Below, piece by piece: positions 1 through 13,499 of a stretch of DNA of 64,000 nt (the stretch's first letter is position 1; each line of letters begins with the position of its first letter). The translations under genes and the position numbers were made by a program. The DNA lies in NCBI GenBank assembly GCA_951406725.2, contig OX597818.1, positions 140,182,001-140,246,000 of the forward strand, read 5' to 3'. The notes beneath the pieces were generated by a model that saw nothing but the letters and a program-made list of their open reading frames with translations, had not been told where the DNA came from and ran no database searches. This DNA comes from Octopus vulgaris. Taxonomy: Eukaryota.

Positions 1-1142
1 TAAAAGAAAATGTACAGAACGCTAAAGACTTCCATGACACTCCAAGACTGATGGATGGAAAGAAGAAACTAATTTAACACCAGCTATCTTGGTAAGTTTA
101 GTGGCTATTTTTGTTGTTGTCCCAAATGTTTATGATGCTGACGCTGAGAAATTGGCATAAAATTTAACATAAAAAACAACTTTAACTCATCAGCTTTAAA
201 TAGTTCATCATTTTGAACAGTAAAATTGCAGATTGTAGATACAAGTAAAGGGTCCCCCGTCAGTGAGATAAGCTTAATGTTACTGAAGTTGTTATTATTT
301 AACCCTTGACCTGCACTGATCTTAAAAATATTTGAATGAAGGCATTCCAGTTATGATCATTCAACCCTTTACTCGCGTAAATGAAAACCATGTCGGCCCT
401 ATAAAACATGCTTAGTTTTAAAGGCTGTTGTTTCTTCTCCTTTCCAGCAGATAAAACAAGCAAAAAGAGCCACGATGCTAGTGAGGTTACAAATGTTAGT
501 ATTGGGAACTTTTTGGATTGGAACCGTTATTATTACTGGTATTAACTTACATAGTTATTGCTGGTGTTGTTATTAAGTTTAAATGTGCAGTAACAGCGGG
601 TGTTATTTTCAACGAAAGATTCTGTTGATTTAAACTGCAGGCCAATCCTGATCGAGCGGATATGTGTTCAAAATAAAGCATTTCTACGATGATCGAACTG
701 TGATCTCCAGTCATAGTACATGTACAATGACATGACTAATTGCTCCCAGCCCTACATCGTTGATATTTTCAACTACCTTTCTTTAGAATGCAATGAGCAG
801 TTGGTAAGCTGCAGGGATTACTTAGCAATACAACTTGAGAAATGGTCTGCGATAGGCCTAAGATGGCAAACACATGTAATACGCCTATTTGTGCAAACGG
901 CAACCACACTGGCTTCCCGCTATTATTGTCTAAGTATCACTGCATAGCGTTATATCGTGCTAGCGTATCAGCAACTGTTTTACTTTGAAGCCCAGTTACT
1001 AGCTGCATTAGTTGGAAGCAGATGAACCTCACAAAGTCTTGATTTGTATCTCCCACAAGAAACTTGAGAGCAAACACTACGATGTAGTTCGATATTTGTT
1101 TTGACAAGCTGCAACAATAAAAAGGTGGTATACTACAACAAA

Positions 1143-1378
1143 AAGGCAGCGAGCTGGCAGAAACGTTAGCACGCCGGGCGAAATTCTTACCGGTATTTCG
1201 TCTGCCGTTATGTTCTGAGTTCAAATTCCGCCGAGGTCGACTTTGCTTTTCATCCTTTCGGGGTCGATCAAATAAGTACCAGTTACGCCCTGGGGTCGAT
1301 GTAATCGACTTAATCCATTTGTCTGTCCCTGTTTGTTCCCTCTGTGTTTAGCCCCTTGTGGGTAGTAAAGAAATAGAT
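1143..1378 (+). mobile_element. SINE family A (tRNA-like head, central GCCTTTCATCCTTTCGGGGTCGATAAA domain)
   Basis: Starts AAGGCAGCGAGCTGGCAGAA (A-box-like), has GAGTTCAAATTCC (B-box-like), ends GGGTAGTAAAGAAATAG; near-identical copies at 17133, 20152, 45038 and elsewhere. Confidence 0.9.
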
Positions 1379-2721
1379 ACACTACAAAAACAATTTAAAC
1401 GCTAGCCACTTTCGCCCGACATTTTATGGAAACTTTCTTTGTTGACCATTTCCAAAAACAGTAACCATTCTTATCTTCAAATCGTACTAGCTTTATTTAA
1501 TGAAGTTGATATTGCAGGTAATCCTGTCGACTGATTTGCTTCTTAGCGAATACTCGAAATATCCACTGCATCCTCAAGTGTAACTAGATTTTCTCGCAAT
1601 CATAGTTTTGGCTGAGTGGTGGAGAAAGTCATTGAGATAGTCAGCCAAGTCTACAGTTACTCGTATGTCGATACTTGCATAATGATCAAGGAAATATAAT
1701 AAGGAATTGAACCTCTGAAAATATATTACAGATGAATTTATTCCTTAACCTTTTGTTGTTGAAATTTGTTGTCGAAGCCTGTCTTTCCTGACATCAAACT
1801 AAAAATATTCACTGTACCAAATTTAATGCCAGTCAAGGTCCATAATATGCAAGGATACGGAATAATTAACCAGTATCTAGTTTGCCATTGTGAAACACTT
1901 TCTGTGGGATTTTGAAACCATTTTGATTTTAACAAAATATAACGAACAGTATAATTTTAGTTGCTAAATCTCTAAACCTGTGCGATGCTTGTTTAACTCG
2001 GCGAAATATATTCAGAATTTGAAAAGATTTAATTTATAATATTTTATAAAACAGTAAAATAAATTATTCTAAAATAAGAGGAAATGAAAACGTCAATAAC
2101 AAAGTAAAAAAGAAACTAACAAACTATGGAACGATATTTCAAATATAGAAAAAAACAAGCAATATGTATTGAAGAAACTAAGCTAATAACATTTGTAACT
2201 GTGGGCTGTTTATATGGAATTAGATTTTATTTTGGATATTTCCTTTCAAGATTGGGAATTTTACCTACAATATTGGTAAAGTGACATACGTTTATTCTGT
2301 TGAATAACTCACAGCAAAATACGGACGAACGTACGTATATACGCACGTATAACGATTATGTAAACAAATAAAATTTGACGTATACATATATATTCATACA
2401 TATATGTATTTGATTTGCATTTAAAAATAACATAAATTTAGACGAATAAAATTTAAAACAAACATAAATTTCAATTATCTAAAGAAAAGTCAAGAAAGAG
2501 AAAAAAAAATTGGTAAATATTTTTTTAGAAGAAAATTTAGCAAATGTTATTGCTTTTGGTCATTAAGCAGCAGAGTACGAGACTGAAGTTGTACATTAGG
2601 CAACTTCAAACGACGGATTATGATCAAAGAAAATCAATGCAATGAGCCACTAGCATTTGAATATAAGAATATACATACATACATACATACATACATACAT
2701 ACATACACACATACATACAAA

Positions 2722-2792
<71 letters not shown>

Positions 2793-2935
2793 TCATATAT
2801 GGGAAAAGCGAGCGGGAGAAAGAGAGAGGGAAGAAAGGGAAAGAGTGATGAATATAGATATATGCAAATACATCTATATGTACGTACATATTTGAATATA
2901 TGATATATTCCTATATATCTATCTATCTATCTATC

Positions 2936-3003
<68 letters not shown>

Positions 3004-3094
3004 ATTTTGAGCATGGATATTCATAGAGTTCATATAGCTTTAGTATTTATATATTTTACTTGGGGTGCGGCTTTATTTCATTTTATTTTTCATA

Positions 3095-3130
3095 ATAATG
3101 ATAATAATAATTTTATTATTATTATTATTA

Positions 3131-3200
<70 letters not shown>

Positions 3201-3226
3201 CATTATTATTATTATTATCATTATTG
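3095..3226. repeat. (ATT)n microsatellite
   Basis: Direct trinucleotide repeat; source of the poly-Ile ORF 2959..3345. Confidence 0.97.
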
Positions 3227-3707
3227 ACATTATTTCTTTACTAAATAACATAATTAGAACCATTTTATTTATATATACATCTCAGTGGCTTATGACTGAT
3301 ATTGTTGATGTATCTTCGAGATTATTTAATGATTTATTCCAGTAGAATTTTCTCCCAATTACATATGTAAATGCGATATTCATAACTGCATTATTACATT
3401 TAAATATGTCCATCTACAAAGATATTTCATATTGATATATTTACATACGTGTGTGACTGTATGTGTGTGTATATGCCAATATGTGTGTGTGTGTCTGTGT
3501 GCCTATGTGTGTGCCACTGCGTGTGCATGCGTGTGTATGTGTTTATAACATGTTTACTGATTCCCTGAGACTACATCACTGAATGCACCGGAAAATTTAA
3601 ATATCACGAGGTTGTTTGCAACTGTGTAACTAGAGTGTCCACGGTGAGAGAAGCGAAATACATTACAAATTTATACGCACACACACACACACACACACAC
3701 ACATTTT

Positions 3708-3897
3708 CACCATGATAGGTTGCTAACCATTATACCTTTTCTATTTTCTCTCCCTGTTTTTGTCTGTGTTCCTTTCTGTCAAAGAGCGTAGACTCGAAAT
3801 GTAAAAGACTTTCTCACTTCCCGAGCGTTAAAGCAATACATCCGTTTGGTGTTTACACACCCACATTCTTCTTTTGTTCTTTTGCAAATTCTCGCTA
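3708..3897 (+). mobile_element. ~190-bp HHR-like non-coding repeat (family H1), copy 1
   Basis: Homologous to 4475-4663, 44435-44631 and 10933-11098; contains CTTTCTGTCAAAGAGCGTAGACTCGAAATGTAAAAG; ends at TA repeat. Confidence 0.75.
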
Positions 3898-4331
3898 TAT
3901 ATACATATACATGTCTACTCCTAATGCAAAGTCTGACCACCTCTTTTACTTACACCTAAGATTTATCATGGCGTCTGATGTGGCTTTTAAACAATGTATT
4001 AAAAACACACCCACTTAAACTCCATATCTGATTTCGACCACAAAGAGCTGCAATTAAGTTCTGATCTTTGTAGATCTTAAAATGTCTCTTGGGGCCTCTT
4101 AGATTTGTAGACATTGTAGTATACACAGAATTGAAAGGTGTGCACGGATATATATAATGCTTAGTTGCAGGATTCGTTACAATCTAGGTTTTCCAAAGTG
4201 TTGGCAACAAGGAAAGGTAGCAACCGGGCTTATGATACTCTGGAGCAATGTAAAGTTGCTTGCTGTTTGTATGTAGCCTGTATGCAGATATACATGTACA
4301 CATCGATCTCTATATGAGTACATATAAACAA

Positions 4332-4454
<123 letters not shown>

Positions 4455-4474
4455 CATATATATATATATGAGAC

Positions 4475-4662
4475 GCCATGATAGATCGTTAGCTACTACA
4501 CACATTTTCTTTCTCTCCTTGTTTTTTCTGTGTCCCTTTCTGTAGATGAGCGTAGGCTCGAAACGTAAAAGACTTTTTTCTATTCCCGAGCGTTATACTA
4601 ATACATCTGTTTGTTTTGTACACCACCTGTCTTCGTCTGTTGTTGTTTTCGTAAACTCTCCC

Positions 4663-4663
<1 letters not shown>
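4475..4663 (+). mobile_element. ~190-bp HHR-like non-coding repeat (family H1), copy 2
   Basis: GCCATGATAGATCGTTAGC...CTCTCCC flanked on both sides by (TA)n; motif 4536-4571 CTTT-CTGTAGA-T-GAGC GTAG GCTC-GAAA-CG-TA-AAAG. Confidence 0.8.
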
Positions 4664-4722
<59 letters not shown>

Positions 4723-4752
4723 CATGCGTTTTAATGTTCACTATAAAGAGTT

Positions 4753-4802
<50 letters not shown>

Positions 4803-4859
4803 CATGATCATGTAAAACTCTCTTTCTCTCTCTCTCTATATATATATATATACATTACT

Positions 4860-6000
4860 TTATTATAGCCCAACTCTCTATATATGGAGTAATATAGGTT
4901 GTAGTTATCGTAGCTCTAAGTTTATCTTCATATTTATTACGGAATTCTCCCTCAAATAAATCATATAAATAAAAAACGTTTTTGTTAGGCTTCTCATCAT
5001 ATTTATTTCGGAATTCTCTCTCCGATAAACTAAATAAATAAAGAACATTTTTTTTGTTTGTTACTTTAAACAATATATTTTCATATCAATGACTTTAAAG
5101 AAGAGTTGTTATATATTACCAATATAATAGTATATCATCATTTATATTTATTTACACATTTTATTAAAGTCTGTAGATTAAGTAAGACCCTGATACTTAA
5201 TTTATATACCTATATATTGTTGGTGTAAGTTATTATAATAGACAATCTTTGTCTTCGACCGAAACGAGTTTGGATTAATATTGAGATATATAGAAATATA
5301 TTTCGATTGTTGATTCTATTTACTTAATCAATTTGTCCTTTATAAAGTTGCTGTTTTTCAATTGTAGTTGTTATGTAGTTGAAAAGTTAACGCTTACGCT
5401 CATAATACATAGGAATTTGAATTAATATACAATCCAGCCGTCCATTCACACGGAATTTCCTCTCTCTTTAAACCAAAGCTCTCTGATGAAACTTATATAA
5501 GTGGATTCAATTGTTTATAAATCAAATAATGTATATAAGCCAAAACAAATTGTTGGCGCTTTTTGTTATTTAATGATTTCTATGTTATCTTATGTGGAGG
5601 CGCAAAGGCCCAGTGGTTAGGGCAGCGGACTCGCGGTTGTAGGATCACGGTTTCGTTTCCCAGACCGGGCGTTGTGAGTGTTTAATGAGTGAAAACACCT
5701 AAAGCACCACGCGGCTCCGGCAGGAGGGTGGCGATGCCTGCTGTACTCTTTCGCCACAACTTTCTCTCACTCTTTCTTCTGCTGGCCTGCTCGCTTAGCC
5801 AGCGGGGTGGCGTCATTTGAAGGCTAAAACAATGCGAAGCGCATTGTGACCAGCGATGTGTAGCAACAACTGATAGCATGATCGGTCACGGTGATGTTAT
5901 CTTATATTATAATATATTCATAGTATATTATGTTATATTATAATTTAAATAAATCATTGGAGTGTCAATTGAATTTCTCTATTTAATTTATTGTCTATAT
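4860..6000 (+). mobile_element. Penelope-like pseudo-LTR-type segment with degenerate HHR, interrupted by a SINE
   Basis: Homologous to ~9010-9770 (shared CTCATAATACATAG, CCAGCCGTCC.TTCACACGGAATTTC, TTGGA.TGTCAAT); CTGATGA at ~5483 with stem ACTTATATA/TATATAAG; lies next to the PLE ORF relic at 6100-7050. Confidence 0.55.
5594..5893 (+). mobile_element. SINE family B (tRNA-Arg-like head), tail type 1
   Basis: GGAGGCGCAA.GGCCCAGTGGTTAGGGCAGCGGACTCGCGG head with A/B boxes; 12-bp TSD ATGTTATCTTAT at 5582-5593 and 5894-5905. Confidence 0.92.
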
Positions 6001-6027
6001 ATTTATATCTATATCTATATATGTATA

Positions 6028-6075
<48 letters not shown>

Positions 6076-6099
6076 TATATATATATATATTATAATTAT

Positions 6100-7050
6100 A
6101 TATCATAGGTAAACAAGCATGAGCTTGTTTTTGAAGCGTTGAAAAGTATTATAGAACAAGCAGAAAGATATATATTTTTTCAACACGTAAACACTAAACG
6201 GTATATATAAAGGATACAATATGATGATAAATAATATTAATATTGATAATAACAAGCGAATTAAATATACCTTGAATAAAAATAAATATTTAAATAAACT
6301 TAGTTCTAATGATAATAAATATACGCCACATACCAACCCAAATACACCTAATAACGTTTAGTATAATGAGCATAATTATATTTGGTTTAGCATTACTTAC
6401 GCACGACAAATAAAAACAAATCTGGTCAAGCTATTTTACAGATCTATATCTAAGCACTTTAATAATGAACATAGATATTATAAAATAATTTATAATAAAA
6501 GGTTTAGAATGACTTTTTAAGTATCTAAAAATTTGTTTAGAGTAATCTTCTCCTTTAATAATAAAAGTTTAGACAATTTGTATAATAAAAGAAAAAAATA
6601 ATATTACAGAGAATGATCTAGCTACAGACTGTGATTGTAGATATAAGAATAAATGCTTATTCAATGAGTTTTGTTTACAGAACAATATTGTATATAGATG
6701 TAGAGTGGATTCGGAACGAAGAAATTATTTGTACATAGTGCATACGGAAGATTTTATTAAAACACGGATAGCAAACCCTGAATACACCTTCAGGAGTAGA
6801 GTTAGGTTTATCAGTACCATTCTATGTAAACTAATTTGAGAATTTAAGGATAGTAAGAAATCATACAAAATAAATTGGTAAATATACAGTCATGCTAGAT
6901 CGTGTAAAATTAATGATGCTAGATGCGATGCAACTTGTGTATAGAAGAATTATATCAGATATAAATATCTGAGAAAAAATTGTTTAACGACAGACGCGTG
7001 TTCCATCTTCTACAAACTATTCTAAATATGCGCTTAGAAAATTTTATGAA
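6100..7050 (+). pseudogene. Decayed Penelope-like retroelement ORF (linker + GIY-YIG endonuclease, Naiad-like)
   Basis: Manual translation: NYIWFSITYARQIKTNLVKLFYRSISKHFNNEHRYYKII from 6374 and CDCRYKNKCLFNEFCLQNNIVYRCRV...YLYIVHTEDFIKTRIAN from 6630 (CxCx5C linker, VY..YIG-like, R of GIY-YIG); internal stops. Confidence 0.8.
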
Positions 7051-7196
7051 GTGTGTATATCTGTACTCGTATGTATCTATTTAAAAATCTACAGCAATGT
7101 ACACATATGAATAATTATATATTTGTGCATATGCATTTAAGTGCTTGTATACATAAGCATATGTTGTTTTGTATCTATCTGATGCCATCGATATGT

Positions 7197-7582
7197 CGTT
7201 ATGCGGAGGAACTGTTGAGAGTCAACGGACATCCAATAAATGTCTTAAGGCTGTATCATGCGCGGGAACAAAGAAATAATCGGACTGAATACCCGATCAC
7301 GCGGTTAAGCCATTGGGAGTGAAGGACTCCTAGTCTTTGTTAGGGCTTCCTTCTAGGAGAAGGTAACTCAGGTAACTGGGATAACTCCGACATAAAACAT
7401 GCGGCTCAGTGGTTACCAATGATGTTGACTTGTTCTTCTTTTCAGATTATGGCTGCTGTTGCTTAGTGAGTGGGATTGACTCAGTGCACAGCCTTTCCTC
7501 ACTTTAAAAAAATCTTCTTGCACAGGCATTGCACGATAACAACATTGATTAAGCTTCGTACAATGGCCATACTCGATAACAA

Positions 7583-7585
<3 letters not shown>
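7197..7585 (+). mobile_element. Probable RTE-derived short non-autonomous element
   Basis: GC-richer island with CTAGGAGAAGGTAACTC resembling RTE 5'UTR motifs, ending in a TA tract; single copy here. Confidence 0.4.
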
Positions 7586-7615
<30 letters not shown>

Positions 7616-7814
7616 CGTGTGCATATGTATGTCTGTGTGTGCATGTGTGTATATATGTATATATATGGGGGTATATATATAAATATATATATATATATAT
7701 GTATGAATATATGTATGTGTATGTATATATATGTATATATATGTATATATATGTATATGTATATGTATATCATTTATTGTTAATGTGTGTATACATGGCC
7801 ATACTCGATAACAA

Positions 7815-7848
<34 letters not shown>

Positions 7849-8027
7849 GTGTGCATATGTATGTCTGTGTGTGCATGTGTGTATATATGTATATATATGG
7901 GGGTATATATATAAATATATATATATATATGTATGAATATATGTATGTGTATGTATATATATGTATATATATGTATATATATGTATATGTATATGTATAT
8001 CATTTATTGTTAATGTGTGTATACATG
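7563..8027. repeat. Tandem duplication, 232-bp unit x2
   Basis: ATGGCCATACTCGATAACAAGG...GTGTGTATAC starts at 7563 and again at 7795. Confidence 0.92.
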
Positions 8028-8490
8028 AATATATATGTATGTGAATCTATGTATAAGCATCTATTGTATCATTATATAGACATATGTAACCATATAGCTA
8101 TTTATATTTGTGCGTAAATGTATTCGTATATATATCTGGATGTGAGTGTATTTATATGTATATATGTAGGTAGGTATATATGTATGTATAAATACGTATG
8201 TATGCGTTTACATGTATATATGCGTGTATGTGTGTATATATAACCATGTGTGTGTATGTATTTATATATATATATGTGTGTGTGTGTGTAGATGTGTATA
8301 TATTTGAGTTATATAGATCTCAATCTATATAATAACTTAATTTGGAAAATTAATTATTAGTGAACCAATTCTCAATTGTTACATTTTAGTGCATATTCTT
8401 GTAGTTACTGTTAAATTTATCATTATATTAGTATTTAATATTAACTATATATCTCAGATAACGTATCTTCATTATACTAAGTGAATACTA

Positions 8491-8641
8491 AGTGAAATCA
8501 AATGAAAACATCTATTATCAACATCATTATTATTAATTATCATTAATTAATTAATTAATAAGTTTATACGCTTATTAATTAATTAATTAATGATAATTAA
8601 TAATAATAATGATGATAATAGATGTTTTCATTTGATTTACT
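8491..8641. repeat. AT-rich inverted repeat (~70-bp arms, 8-nt loop)
   Basis: AAATCAAATGAAAACATCTATTATCA...TAATAAG / CTTATTA...TGATAATAGATGTTTTCATTTGATTT. Confidence 0.9.
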
Positions 8642-9009
8642 AAATATATTTAATCACCAAAATAAGTATTAGGGTATCGTTTAGTTTATAAATTATATTC
8701 TTAGTACAACAACCTTGTTTGTTACTTCTGAAAGTATTGATAGAGTTTGGATATGGTCCTTCGATTTGTAAATAGCAATATTGATTTGTTCATCGAGAAC
8801 AGTCCTTAATACTTGTTTGGTTTATATTATTGATTTCTATCGATTAGCTAAATTCTCCCTTCCATAATAAACCAATAACAATCATTATTTAAGTAACTTC
8901 AAATCTGTTTACCCCTAAAAGATTAGTAAATTTGATTTTTATAACTATAGCCTAAATATATATATATGGGACACTGAGGTGATCGCACTTACAGCCTTAG
9001 GTTTGTATT

Positions 9010-9770
9010 AATGCTTATTATGGAATTCTTCCTATGATAAATTAAGTAGACAAGGAACATTTTTATTAGGTTTCTATTCATATCTATTACGGAATTATCC
9101 CTTCGATAAACAATAAATACAGAAGATTATTATTAGTTAATTTAAATAATATTCTTTTATATCAATTAATTTAAATAGATAGAAGAGTTGATGTATTGAA
9201 GATGTAGTTGCTTATATATTTTTGTTGCAGTTCTAAATAGGCGAAGAGTCAGATACTTAATTATATACATATATATATATACACACCTATCTTATTGTTT
9301 TATGTTGAGTGAGGAGGGATTCTCTTGGACATGAACGGGTTTCGCTTGGTATGTGTTTGAGATGTAATGAAGGGAATGTCCATAGTTGTGGATTGCACTT
9401 ACTTGGTTGTATCGTCCGTTAGAGTGTTTTTTTTCTTTTGTTTTTGTAATTGATGTATGATTGAACAATTAACTTTCACGCTCATAATACATAGATATTT
9501 TAATTAATTTTTACAGTCCAGCCGTCCTTTCACACGGAATTTCGTCTATATTTAAACCATGATACTGAGTGACTTATATATATATAAGGGAATTGTTATT
9601 GTATATATATATATATATATATATATAGAAGAAAATGTATATAAGTCGAAACAATTTGTTGACCTTCTTGGTTTTGTATTACTTGTTTACTTAATATTTT
9701 AATAATATAATATAGATAAATTATTGGATTGTCAATAGTATCTTTCTATTTAATTTATCTTTGTAATTGC
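9010..9770 (+). mobile_element. Second diverged PLE pseudo-LTR-type segment with degenerate HHR
   Basis: Homology to 4930-6000; CTGAGT-GACTTATATA...TATATAAGTC-GAAAC-AATTT-GTT with a 10-bp stem II whose loop contains (TA)n. Confidence 0.55.
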
Positions 9771-10477
9771 ATTATACCCATATTAAAATGGTATTTAACT
9801 GAAGTACCTCTTTAGCACACGCCTTTGAAGGAACTCTTCCCCAGTTTGTTAATTTATATATATATATATATATGCGGTGCTCCAGCATGGCCGCACTCAA
9901 ATGACTAAAACAAGTAAAAGAATAAAAGAATAAAAGAATATAATGTGTGTGTATGTATGTATGTATATGTATATATGTATGTATATATATATAAGAAATA
10001 ATTTTCGCCTTTTATTATGGAGACAAAAGGGTTTATAAGATGTGAAAAAGAAGTACTGAAATATAATTGTGATAGTGATGAAAAAAACATTGATCAGAGA
10101 ATAAACTTCAAATTCGAGTCAACGACTTTATATATAACACCGCGCCCCCAAGCATTTGATCGTGTATAAATATTACCATGGCCTTTAACATATAAAGAAT
10201 ACATATATGATATATAGATATATATATAGATATATAGAACGGCCTATCAAGAAGGTATAACTATTGGACTAAAAATTCTAGAGCGTGTCATGTGACTAAA
10301 AATCTAAATAAAATGAGAATAAAATATCAATCGACAAAAACATTTTTTACTCCCCTGAAGCAAAGAAAGTATGTCAAAAAAGTTCATTTCATAAAACCAT
10401 GGTAGGTTGGAGACCAGGAACCTAAAAGTGTTCTGCAAAATGAAGTTATATATATATATATCTTTTTTTTTCTTTTT

Positions 10478-10875
10478 CCTTGTTTCAGTCATTTTGACTG
10501 CGGCCATGCTGGAGCACCGCATTTAATCGAGCAACTCGACCCCGGGACTTATTCTATTGTAAGCCCAGTACTTATTCTATCGGGCTCTTTTGCCGAACCG
10601 CTAGGTAACGGGGACATAAACACACCAGCATCGGTTGTCAAACAATGCTAGGGGGACAAACACAGACACACAAACATACACACACACATATATATATATA
10701 TATATACATGTATTTGAAGGGCTTCTTTCAGTTTCCGTCTACCGAATCCACTCACAAGGCTTTGGTCGGCCCGAGGCTATATTAGAAGACACTTGCCCAA
10801 GGTGCCACGCAGTGGGATTGAACCCGGAACCATGTGGTTGGTAAGGAAGCTACTTACCACACAGCCACTCCTGCG

Positions 10876-10880
<5 letters not shown>
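10478..10880 (-). mobile_element. SINE family C (CORE-type, internal TA/CA tract)
   Basis: Reverse complement of 22466-22866; GGCACCTTGGGCAAGTG CORE-like motif; tail GCGGTGCTCCAGCATGGCCGCAG. Confidence 0.9.
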
Positions 10881-10932
<52 letters not shown>

Positions 10933-10933
<1 letters not shown>

Positions 10934-11098
10934 ACGGGAAGCTTTATGAAAATAGACAAAAGACGAAGGCAGGTTTACGGAAATAAACAAAAGACGAAGG
11001 CAGGTGGAATACAAACAAACAATTGTATTAGTATGGCGCTCAGGAAATATAAATAAAACAAGTCTTTAACGTTTCGAGCCTATGCTCTTCAACAGAAA
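10933..11098 (-). mobile_element. Family H1 HHR-like repeat, copy 3
   Basis: Reverse complement TTT-CTGTTGA-A-GAGC ATAG GCTC-GAAA-CG-TT-AAAG at 11064-11098; flanked by (TA)n. Confidence 0.78.
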
Positions 11099-12010
11099 TA
11101 TATATATATGCATATAGGTATGCTTGTATGTAATGTGTATATGGGTGTATACATATTTATGCATTCCTGATCTTGTGCATGTATAGTGAATTGGAATGGC
11201 TGGAACAATGAAGGTTACATATCAATAGAGATTAGATTTATATGCACACTGTTTTGCTAAAGTAATTTGTTCAATCATTCTTTGTACCTTATATATTTAC
11301 TACTTAAACAGTTCCTTTACTTATTGCCTTTTATAATTTATACGGCAATTATTCCTACCGTACATTCATTTTCTCCTTCATTATACCATAATTCACTTCT
11401 TTCATTCCTCCAAGCTTTTCAACTACCTGTTCTTTAATTCTACACTTCCAGTTAGTTCCCTCGTTTACTTCAAACTTTATATTTGTTTAAAACTCTTTCA
11501 TTTATTTTAACCAGTTCAATTTATTCCTAAATTTAATCTACATGTTTTTTATTTTATTTATTTATTTAATTTCGACGTTTCTTTCTTTATTTATTTTGTA
11601 ATATTTTCAGTTTATTTTTCGTGTTTCTACGTTGTTTTGTTTATATTAGTCGTCGTTTGCTTTGAGATTAAGTTTTTCTTTTAATTTGCTTTAAATAATA
11701 ATAATTTTTCTCTTCATTGCTGTTTAAAGATTTGAAGAACGAGTTAATGGGACAGGAGCAGGGTTTTTAGGAAATATCGCATTTCAAGACTGGCCGATTA
11801 ATACTGCATGAAGTATTTTCAAAGTTCAAAGAAATTCTCTGAAGATGCCACTTTGAAGAGGTCTGTCTATTGATCAAACATGCCAAAGGCACTCGATCAA
11901 GAAAAGACAGCAACGATAATTACTTTTCCACCAATCATTTTAACGCCGAACAGTTTGCAACAATTATAAAATCGTGTATGTAAGTGTGTGTTTATACATA
12001 CATATATGTG

Positions 12011-12082
<72 letters not shown>

Positions 12083-12545
12083 TACATACGCACCCACATA
12101 TATATACACGAGCGCACACACGCATATATATACATAGATACAAAGACAGAAAGGAGGATAGAAAGCTATATATAAATAAAAATATACAGATATATACAGG
12201 TGTGTGTGTATATATATATATATGTGTGTGTGTGTATGGATAGATGGATGTAAGGATACGTGTGTGCATAGATAGGAAGATAGATAGACAGAGAAAGAGG
12301 AGGAGGAGAGAAAGACAAACAGACAAAGAGAGAGAGACAAAGAGAGAACGAGAGAAAGAGAGACAGATAAGAAAGAGAGAGAGAGAGTGTGTGTGAGTCA
12401 GAGATAAATAGATAATATGGAATTACTGATGTATATCCAGTATTGGGAGCATTTTAATTGTATGACATCAGATATCCACTGACTTCGGACGAGCTTTGCA
12501 CACCATTCTGCAAGGATTTTACCGGTATCTTATTTGGCTATATAG

Positions 12546-12576
<31 letters not shown>

Positions 12577-12888
12577 TGTATGTATGTATGTATATGTCAT
12601 TTTTTTTTGCCAAATAAGCACACGCACTATATACTGTTTTCTTCACTCTTTTATCACTGTTCTTATTTTCTTATTTTAACCTATGTACATTGTCCAGAAA
12701 TCTTTCGTCGAACATATGTGACCTTTTCACTGACACTCTTCATTTTCGTGTGAGTTCTTGCTCCACTTTATTTCGCAAAAAGAAAACAAAAATGGCCATC
12801 CCGAAACAACAATATCTGTGTTTCAACACACGATGTCACATCAGGAATCTTGCAAAACGAATCGCAATACATATGTATATATATATAC

Positions 12889-13028
<140 letters not shown>

Positions 13029-13499
13029 GTATGTATGTGTACATATTAAATAACAGCTTTAATTAGCTTCATAGTATATCTACATGTATGTGTGTGTATG
13101 TGTATTTGTGTGTGTCTGGAAATTTTACTGCTTGACGATCTATTTTCAATCGGTGAGTCATAAAGATCAATGAGATAACCTCACCAAGTGATTTAGTAGC
13201 ACTGCTAACACTGTAGAACACAATATTGAATTATAAAGCATTGAATATACATTGTAATGTATAACGGTTGGATAACGAAATATGGTGTACCTACAAGTCA
13301 TATACATGTACGTACCAGCAACCAGGTTTAATATGTAAAATTGGTATATCAAATAATGTTACACTGCTATATTTGGTGCCTATTTAAACAATGAGTTCGT
13401 GGATAGTAAATGGGTTGTATGTGGAGCTGATGAATGAACAAGAACTCCTGAAATATCGCATATACACACCCATTACCTATTTTTCACCTACGGTCACAG

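Noticed and set aside
5596-5670. Functional tRNA-Arg gene (also the heads at 21010 and 31632)
   Set aside because: Acceptor stems incomplete, no poly-T terminator, joined to repeat bodies; the family B copies have TSDs, so these are SINE heads
11834-11905. CTGAAGA-TGCC..GGCA HHR candidate
   Set aside because: GAAA core absent; at best a decayed relic
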